Source: Eledone cirrhosa
Lineage: Eukaryota
Direction of reading: 5' to 3'
DNA: 64,000 nt
Assembly: GCA_964016885.1 (NCBI GenBank)
Contig: OZ024743.1
Location: 86,552,001 to 86,616,000 of the forward strand
Shown here: positions 55,501-64,000 of the stretch, piece by piece
Layout: each line of letters opens with the position of its first letter
Numbering within the stretch: the stretch's first letter is position 1
Notes under the pieces: model-generated
Database searches by the model: none
The model's input: only the letters and a program-made list of their open reading frames with translations
Told to the model about the DNA's origin: nothing
Program-made: the position numbers and the translations under genes

Positions 55501-56455
55501 AGCCAGAATAAGAATGAGGAGGGGTTTGGAAAAAAATTGAGAGAGCTACAACTTCTGTTGAAAGATTTTCTCTCTGGTGGTAGTGGTAATGGTGATGGTA
55601 GTGTTGTTGGTATAAGTGGGCAGTTAAAGAATTCACTGAAATAAATAAACATAGGTGCAGTCATTGCTATGTGGTTAAGGATTTCACTTAAAATTCTCAA
55701 TTTTGGGTTCAGTCCCATTTTGGCATCTTGGGCAAGTGTATTTTTTATTACAGTTTTAGGTTGTGAGTGAAATATAGTAGACTGGAACTGCGTTTAAGAC
55801 TGTCACACATTATATTTACCAGGATGACAGGAAAACTATTTTCTATAGTCTAGCTGCTCTCAAATTACTCTCAACAAGGGCTGGTGTGAACACATATGTA
55901 AGGTGACCATACTAGGAGTGCTGACAAAATGTATATTTGTAATGGAGCTGATGCACTTAGAGATGTCCTGGCCAAATTAGGTTTATGCAGCGTGCAATCT
56001 GTTAGCTACAATGGCAGTATAAGTATAGATATGCCTCCCAAGTTAATATATATGTATATATATATGTGTGTGTGTGTGTGGTGTATATATATATATATAT
56101 GCGTGTGTGGTGTATTATAAAACTAGTGGATTGGTATCAAAAGGGTTAATAAAGAATTTTAGGGGATTTATTAAAATTATTTTATTACTAAGATTGTAAC
56201 TTAGCATATGGTTTTTATATAAAATTATGTTGGAAGATCTTACTTTAAACAGTACCCCTTTAGAACGGGTCTTGTTTCATTGAACCATAGCCTCTTTTAG
56301 GTGATTGGTATTAAAAGGGTTAATGTTTTTTTAGCTTAAATCCTGATGAGGTTGATAAAATAAGTAACAATTAATCTAAAATCAGTGTTAAGTGCAGATA
56401 TGCCTGCCAAATTAATATATATATATATGTGTGTGTGTGTGGTGTATATATATAT
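46322..56455. repeat. Tandem segmental repeat, copy 3 (with RTE; similarity ends at about 56455)
   Basis: Offset about 13370 bp from copy 2. Interrupted in a (TA)/(TG) tract by the inverted-repeat element. Confidence 0.95.
46510..49839 (+). mobile_element. Duplicate of the deleted RTE LINE
   Basis: Same ORF translations and lesions as 33140-36469, offset by 13370 bp. Confidence 0.95.
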
Positions 56456-57600
56456 TAGTTTTGCGAGGTTTTTGATATGAAATCGTGTGTCGAAACAAAT
56501 ATTGTTATACTTGGGGAGGGTCATATTTGTGTAATAATATTGCCAGAATTAATAACAGAACACACTCACTGTTTGGTTGGTTTTCGCTTCTGTGTCCTTT
56601 ATATCGGTTAATTTAATTCATTCGGTCCTCAATGTTATCATTGACTGATCAACGGTCAAAAATACAGATACAATATAGACACAAACACATATATATATAT
56701 AGTCTAACAAAGTTCTTTTGTTGCACATCTGCAACATCCTTAGTGGTGCTATTATGTTTCCTCTCGTTGCATCTTTATTTAGTCTGTTTATTTATTTATT
56801 TATTTGTTTATTTCTTCTCTGCACATGCATTTGCGTGTGTGTATAGTGTTTTTGATGCGTGTTCGTGTTTGGGTGACTGTGTATTGGTTATTATATTCTA
56901 TCTTAGTTTACTAGTGTGTGTTTATATGTGTTTGTTGTTATTGTGCTTGTGTATGTATTTATTTATTTATTTATTTATACTTCTCTTAGGTCAGTGTTGT
57001 TTGTTTGGGTGTTGTTATTCCATTCATTTTTCTGTATAGAACTTAGAAGGCCAAGGCTAAACAGAAAAATGAATGGAATAACAACAACACCCAAACAAAC
57101 AACACTGACCTAAGAGAAGTATAAATAAATAAATAAATACATACACAAGCACAATAACAACAAACACATATAAACACACACTAGTAAACTAAGATAATAA
57201 CCAATACACAGTCACCCAAACACGAACACACATCAAACAAAACACTATACACACACGCAAATGCATGCGCAGAGAAGAAATAAACAAATAAATAAATAAA
57301 TAAACAGACTAAATAAAGATGGCGCAGGCATACAATGCAACGGGCGGAAACATAATAGCACCACTGACGATGTTGCAAATGTACAACGAAAGAACTTTGT
57401 TAGACTATATGTATGTGTTTGTGTCTATATTATATCTGTATTTTTGACCGTTGGTCAGTCAATGGTAACATTGAGGACCGAATGAATTAAATTAACCGAT
57501 ATAAAGGACACAGAAGCGAAAACCAATGAAACAGTGTGTTCTGTTATTAATTCTGGGAATATTATTACACAAATATGACCCTCCCCAAGTATAACAATAT
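56456..57600. repeat. Large inverted-repeat element (arms 56499-57035 and 57061-57600, 25-nt spacer)
   Basis: The arms are imperfect reverse complements. A fragment of the same family lies at about 3237-3306. Confidence 0.9.
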
Positions 57601-57606
57601 ATATAT

Positions 57607-59633
57607 ATGAAGGATATGAAGACGGGTAAGGCGGCTGGGCCTTCGGAAATAGTTGCTGAGATGCTGAAGGCATCTGGCACGGTGGGACACACCATGGTCA
57701 CCCGCATAGTTAACCAAGTCGTACAGAATGGGGTTGTTCCGAAGGACTGGCATAGCAGCATCATCGTTAACTGTTATAAGGGTAAAGGAGACGCCCTAGA
57801 TAGGAGTAACTATAGAGGCATTAAATTAATCGACCAGGTCATGAAGGTCACGGAAAAAGTAATAGCGCAACTAATCAGAGAGAGAATTGACCTAGATGAA
57901 ATGCAGTTCGGGTTTGTGTCAGGCAAAAGTACCACAGACGCTCTTTTCATAGTACGACAACTACAGGAGAAGTACCTAGCTAAAGGTAAACCCCTCTACT
58001 TAGCTTTTGTCGACTTGGAGAAAGCCTTCGACAGAGTCCCCCGCTCCATTATCTGGTGGGCTCTTAGAAAACTAGGCGTTGACGAATGGCTTGTGAGGGC
58101 TATACAAGCCATGTATAAAGAAACAGTCAGCAAGGTTAGAATTAACAACGAATATAGTGAAGAGTTTAGCGTAAAAGTTGGCGTCCATCAGGGCTCTGTT
58201 CTCAGCCCACTACTATTTATTATTGCCCTTCAGGCTATAACAGAGGAGTTCAAGACAGGCTGCCCATGGGAACTCCTATACGCAGACGACCTGACACTCA
58301 TAGCGGAATCAATGGCCGAGCTAGAGAAGAAATTCCAAACATGGAAGCACGGCCTAGAGTCAAAAGGACTTAAAATTAACCTGGCTAAGACCAAAGTACT
58401 AGTTTGTAGGAAAGAAAACAAGGCGGCGGTCCCTTCTGGGAAATGGTCGTGCTCGGTGTGTAGGAAAGGCGTAGGTAGAAACTCCATTTTATGTCCTAAA
58501 TGCAAAGTATGGGTGCATAAAAGATGTAGTGGGATCACAGGTAAGCTAACTAAGAACATAGATTTTACATGTGGCCGGTGCTCTGGTGCAATAAGTAGCA
58601 GCAAGTGCCCACAAACTACTAGCTCTTTCAATTGCGCAGAGGGTTCTATAGAAATAGTGGACAGCTTCCGTTACCTGGGCGATAAAATCAGCAGTGGGGG
58701 AGGGTGCTCTGAAAGTACTGTAGCTAGAGTCAGAACTGGTTGGAAAAAGTTCAGAGAGCTTATACCACTATTAGCTGCTAAAGGGTTCTCACTAAAAATG
58801 AAAGGCAGGTTGTACGATGCCTGCATACGAACAGCAATGCTGCACGGCAGTGAGACCTGGGCATTGTGTGCAGAGGATATACGCAGACTAGAGAGGAACG
58901 AAGCTTGCATGCTCCGCTGGATGTGTAACAGTAATATACGTGAACGGCAAAGCATAAACGAACTAAGGAAAAAATTAGAGATAAGAGGGATCAGATGTTG
59001 TTTACTCGAGAGAAGGCTACGTTGGTATGGACACGTGATGCGCATGAAAGTCGATAGCTGTATAACAAAGTGCAGGGCAATAAAGATAGACGGTAGTCAC
59101 AGAATAGGCAGACCTAGGAAAACCTGGGACGAGCTGATAAACTCCGACATCACACACTTACACCTCTCCAAGACAATGTCACTGGACCGAGACCTTTGGC
59201 GGTACTCAGTAACATAGAAGACCCGCCTTACCTAAATATATAGTAAAACCTACTCCAGCCAGTAGGCATCTCTAACAAAATACACCCCGTCCCACCACCC
59301 CCGCCCCCACCCCATCCACACCACCCCGTTCTATGTAAAGTTATGTTGGTGCCGCGCCATCGAGGCCGAAACAAATGAGATCGTGTAGGTGTCACGACAA
59401 AAAAACACACAGTCCACGCTGTAATGTGGCCGTGTAGGCAACACGGTAAAAACCTCCCAGACCCACACTGTAAATGTGGTTGGTGTTAGGAAGGGCATCC
59501 AACTGTAGAAAACCTGCCAGACAGTCCTATGCGAGCAAGACAATCACTCTTGCCTCAAGTGGGACTACCCCCGTCCAAACCCATGCAAGCGTGGAACACG
59601 GACGTTAAACGTTGATGATGATGATGATGATGA

Positions 59634-59637
<4 letters not shown>
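57607..59637 (+). mobile_element. 5'-truncated RTE LINE with an uninterrupted RT ORF (57607-59217)
   Basis: 536 aa with KAAGP, NYRGI, QFGF, FVDLEKAFD, GVHQGSVLSP, YADD, a PHD-like insert, FRYLG and LRWYGHV. A premature TAG lies near the C-terminus. 3' UTR, (GAT)n tail and (TA)n on both sides. Confidence 0.97.
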
Positions 59638-59682
<45 letters not shown>

Positions 59683-59686
<4 letters not shown>

Positions 59687-60933
59687 AACAAAGGAATTGT
59701 GGTAAGGAACCAGATGGACATAACGCACCAGAGTACTCAATACTTAGGGTAGTAGAGTGGGAAATAGGAAAAAGTATGACCCCGACGGCAGAGCTCAAGC
59801 CGGTTCGACGGCTATTTCTGGACTAAATTAGAATTTTTAGCCTGATGAAAAAATAGCCGAACTTGTCAAGGGGGTACTTCCTTATATGGGAAGATTGTAG
59901 TTGTCAAGAGGATTGGTTAAAATTTGTTGTAAACACAAAAATGTCTATCATGGCATTTGGTGGGAGGTAGGGTTGGCTGAACTTGCCTGAGTGGAGTCGG
60001 TCAAGTTGAAAGTGATATGTATACAGCAGATTCTAAGGGTAGTGTATGAAATAGAGGAGGGAGGTTATAGAAAGGTAATTCGAATGAGAGTAGGAGACAA
60101 TAAAAGATAATAGAAATAAAAAAATATATATATAGTGAGAAATGAATAAAAAAAATCCCAATGCTATCTTACAAATACAGGTTAATAAGTTTAGAATAGA
60201 AAAACATTGTAGAAATGGAGTAGTAACAAAACTGATACAAAATTAAAGGGGTCTAACACATCTGCTATAAGTAGTTAGTAAAACATATTTGGCCAAATCT
60301 ATCTTAAAAATACAGGAGTGGGGGAACTGATGCTACAGAGGCCTGATGGGCTGCATTGGGGTAGGCGAAAGGGGAAAAGCAGACGAGGAAGAAAATAGGG
60401 GGTGGAAGGAAGTGATAGGATGAGACAGGGGGAAGAAGAAGATATAGAGGAAAAGAAAAAAGATACATCTACCTATGTAAGCTGGGGTTTCCCCAAACTT
60501 ATTCGGCAAGTGGGGGGGTATCAGCCCTTGTCTACCCACCCGGGTCGTTATGTGGTGTGAGGGCGAGGTAAGTCCTACTCAATCTGTGTTTGCATGCGGT
60601 TACCAGTTTGTCTTTCTTGTTTAGGAGTTGGTCCTTCAAAAACAGCATTTGTAATGTTTCCTCCGAGCATAAGTTACATGGACGGCGTCCTCCCGTGTAA
60701 GAGTTAGCTCTGGACAGTAAGCTCCAAGTGAGATTGTAGGTTATATTATTATCTTGGAGGTCCCAGATGTGGCCCGAAAGTGTAGTGGCATGTCGCCGGA
60801 CCGGGTTTCAGAAAGTATGTCAGTGTTGGTAGAGCCGGGTCTTGAAGTCATACGCGGTTAATCCTATATAAGCTTTGCACTGGTAGATCACGTTACGTTC
60901 TCGGCATTTGTTGTTGAGGGGGCACGTAGATCT
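59683..60933 (-). mobile_element. Penelope-like element 3' end: decayed GIY-YIG endonuclease plus pseudo-LTR
   Basis: Minus-strand 60933-60532 reads CPLNNKCRERNVIYQCKAYIGLTAYDFKTRLYQH*HTF*...TTLSGHIWDLQ...LTWSLLSRANSY...CNLCSEE..., then after a frameshift LLNKKDKLVTACKH. A non-coding segment with a hammerhead follows, ending at (TA)n. Confidence 0.85.
59779..59875 (-). ncRNA. Degenerate type I hammerhead ribozyme
   Basis: Stem I ACCCC/GGGGT; core cttgacaa (canonical CUGANGA); stem II cggctattt/aaatagccg; GAA(c), which is GAAA in the copies near 730 and 2095; stem III cggc/gccg around gagctc; GUC triplet. Confidence 0.7.
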
Positions 60934-61092
60934 ATCATCATCTCACAAAACATCATCTCCTCAAACAACAAAGAGGCATATGGCGTGTGTATGTATGTAT
61001 ATAAGTGTATATGTATGTATACAAGTGTGTATATGTATGTATATAAATGTGTATATGTATATATATATATTTATATGTGTGTGGTATTTATA

Positions 61093-61431
61093 GGTGCATG
61101 GCTTAGTGGTTAGAGCATTGGCCTTGCAATCGAAATGTTGTGAGTTCAATTCTCAGACCGGGTGATGTGTTGTTTCCTTGAGCAAGACACTTTATTTCAT
61201 ATTGCTCCAGTTTACTCAGCTGTAGAAATGAGATGATAGGGACTGGGGTCCATATTCCACTGCAGAGTGGACGTGTAGGCGCCACGGAAAAAAAGCACCC
61301 AGCACTCACTGTAAATGAGGTTGGTGTTAGGAAGGGCATCCAGCTGTAGAAATCAAGCCAGAATCGGTTACCATCCCACCCTTGCAAGCAGGGAAAAAGC
61401 GGACGTAAAATGATGATGATGATGATGATGA
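61093..61431 (+). mobile_element. Full-length tRNA-derived SINE with RTE tail
   Basis: Highly similar to 8158-8503, with A and B boxes and a (GAT)n tail. Confidence 0.9.
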
Positions 61432-61494
61432 TTGGTGGTTGTGAGAGAGTGTATATATGTATATATATATATGTGTGTATGTATGTGTATATAT

Positions 61495-64000
61495 ATCATC
61501 ATCATCATCGTTTAACGTCCATGTTCCACGCTTGCATGGGTTTGGACGGGAGTTTTCCCACTTGAGGCAAGAGTGGTTGTCTTGCTCGCATAGGACTGTC
61601 TGGCGGGTTTTCTACAGCTGGATGCCCTTCCTAACACCAACCACATTTACAATGTGGGACTGGAAGGTTTTTACCGTGTTGCCTACACGGCCACATTACA
61701 GCGTGGACTGTGTGTTTTTTTTGTCGTGACACCTACACGATCTCATTTGTTTCGGCCTGGATGTTGTGGCACCAACATAACTTTACATTGAAAGGGGCGG
61801 TGTGGATGGGGTGGTGGTGGTGGTGGTGGTGGTGGTGGGGGGGGGGTTGTTAGAGATGCCTACTGACTGTAGTAGGTTTTACTTTGTATTCAGGTAAGGC
61901 GGGTCTTCTCTATTACTGAGTACCGCCAAAGATCTCGGTCCAGTGACATTGACTTGGAGAGGTGTAAGTGTGTGAGGTCGGAATTTATCAAGTCGTCCCA
62001 GGTTTTTCTGGGTCTGCCTACTCCGTGGCAACCCTCTATCTTTATTGCCCTGCACTTTTTTATACAGCTGTCGTCTTTCATGTGCATCACGTGTCCATAC
62101 CAACGTAGCCTTCTCTCGAGTAAACAACATCTGATCCCTCTTATCTCTAATTTTTTCCTTAGTTCGTTTATGCTTTGCCGTTCACGTATATTACTATTAC
62201 ACATCCAGCGGAGCATGCAAGCTTCGTTCCTCTCTAGTCTGCGTATATCCTCTGCACACAATGCCCAGGTCTCACTGCCATGCAACATTGCTGTTCGTAT
62301 GCAGGCATCATACAGCCTGCCTTTCATTTTTAGGGAGAACCCTTTAGCGGCTAATAGTGGTATAAGCTCTCTGAACTTTTTCCATCCAGTTCTGACTCTA
62401 GCTACTGTACTTTCAGAGCACCCTCCCCCACTGCTGATTTTGTCATCCAGGTAACGGAAGCTGTCCACTATTTCTATAGAACCCTCTGCGCAATTGAAAG
62501 AGCTAGTATTTTGTGGGCACTTACTGGTACTTATTGCACCAGAGCACCGGCCACATGTAAAATCTATGTTCTTAGTTAGCTTACCTGTGATCCCACTACA
62601 TCTTTTATGCACCCATACTTTGCATTTGGGACATAAAATGGAGTTTCTACCTACACTTTTCCTACACACTGAGCATGGCCATTTCCCGGAAGGGACCGGC
62701 GCCTTATTTTCTTTCCTACAAACTAGAACTTTAGTCTTAGCCAGGTTAATTTTAAGGCCTTTTGATTCTAGGCCGTGCTTCCATGTTTGGAATTTCTTCT
62801 CTAGCTCGGCCATTGATTCAGCTATGAGCATTAGATCATCTGTGTATAGGAGTTCCCATGGGCAGCCGGTCTTGAACTGCACTGTTATAGCCTGGAGGTC
62901 AATAATAAATAGTAGGGCGCTAAGAACAGAGCCCTGATGAACACCAACTTTTACACTAAACTCTTCACTATAGTCGTTGTTAATTCTAACCTTGCTGACT
63001 GTTTCTTTATACATGGCTTGTATAGCTCTCACAAGCCATTCGTCAACACCTAGTTTTCTAAGAGCCCACCAGATAATGGAACGGGGGACTCTGTCGAAGG
63101 CTTTCTCCAAGTCAACAAAAGCTAAGTATAGGGGATTACTTTTAGCTAGGTACTTCTCCTGTAGTTGTTGTACAATGAAAAGAGCGTCTGTGGTACTTTT
63201 GCCTGACACAAAACCGAACTGCATTTCATCTAGATCAATTCTCTCTCTGATTAGTTGCGCTATTACTTTTTGCGTGACCTTCATGACCTGGTCGATTAAT
63301 TTAATGCCTCTATAGTTACTCCTATCTAGGGCATCTCCTTTACCCTTTTAACAGTTAATGATGATGCTGCTATGCCAGTCCTTCAGAACAACCCCATTCT
63401 GTATGACTTGGTTTACTATCCGGGTGACCATGGTGTGTCACCGTTCCAGAGGCTTTCAGCATCTCAGCAACTATTTCCGAAGGCCCAGCCGCCTTACCCA
63501 TCTTCATATCTTTGATTGCCTTACTTATTATACTACCTTCGACTAACACTGCCGGTCCCTCTATTGGGTCGATGTGGGGGAGACTGTCTTTCTCCCATTT
63601 ATTCTCCTCATTTAGAAGCCTTTCGTAGTGACACTTCCAAGCTACCTTCTTATCAGCGTCAGTGATGGCAAGTACGCCATCATCATTAAGTCCACACTTC
63701 TCCCCGACAATATCATGGTTTTCCTTGACACATTGCCTAGCAATCCTGAACACCTCACGTTTTTGGTCCTCACGTTGTAGAACATGCTTGAACTTTCTTT
63801 CCTCTGCTTCCCTTCTTGCGAAGTACACTTGTCTCCTAGCTTCCCTCCTGGCCACTTGATAGTCTTCTCTACTTCCCCCATCCCGCCATACTTTCCAAGC
63901 CTGCTTTTTGGCCTTAATTGACTCCTCCACCTTACTGTTCCACCACCATGTTACTCTCCTCCTACCTACAGGCCTGCTCCAGCCACAGACCTTGTCTGCC
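61495..64000 (-). mobile_element. RTE LINE, minus strand, continuing beyond the window
   Basis: ORFs at 63370-63930 and 61890-63284 are split by a frameshift near 63440. YADD has become YTDD. (ATC)n tail at 61495. Confidence 0.97.

Noticed and set aside
58230-59045. Antisense ORFs over the RTE RT (also 34427-35911, 47797-49281 and 61954-63315)
   Set aside because: Opposite-strand shadows of the RTE coding frames with no independent motifs.
59842-59866. Plus-strand CTGATGA hammerhead
   Set aside because: No stem II or GAAA follows on that strand; the supported fold is on the minus strand. The CTGANGA-like hits near 4477, 7423-7429 (minus) and 56343 were rejected for the same reason.
60808-60826. 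Selenocysteine TGA codons in the PLE endonuclease
   Set aside because: The TGAs are not at Cys-motif positions and fit CGA>TGA decay; the copy is also frameshifted.

Overview
AT-rich, microsatellite-dense animal genomic DNA, most likely an octopod cephalopod (inferred from the repeat landscape), with a 200-N gap at 3810-4009. The only host gene I can support is the 3' part of an RBM26/RBM27-like RNA-binding protein: six + strand exons at 4658-15561, ending in the family terminus ...ESRSWRR*. The rest is mostly mobile DNA. It includes four long RTE-clade LINE copies whose RT carries an embedded C4HC3 PHD-like finger, a tRNA-derived SINE sharing the RTE 3' tail, a 48-bp minisatellite derived from the RTE 3' UTR, and Helitron, CR1, hAT and piggyBac-like relics. 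A 9.8-13.4 kb segment is triplicated in tandem (23168-56455) and preserves both the empty and the filled RTE insertion site. The least obvious signal, missed by the ORF track, is a decayed Penelope-like (Naiad-type) GIY-YIG endonuclease followed by a pseudo-LTR that folds as a type I hammerhead ribozyme. Several short (TA)n-embedded, often palindromic elements from at least three sequence-unrelated families carry the same hammerhead architecture. All family assignments come from motif recognition by eye; no database search was run.
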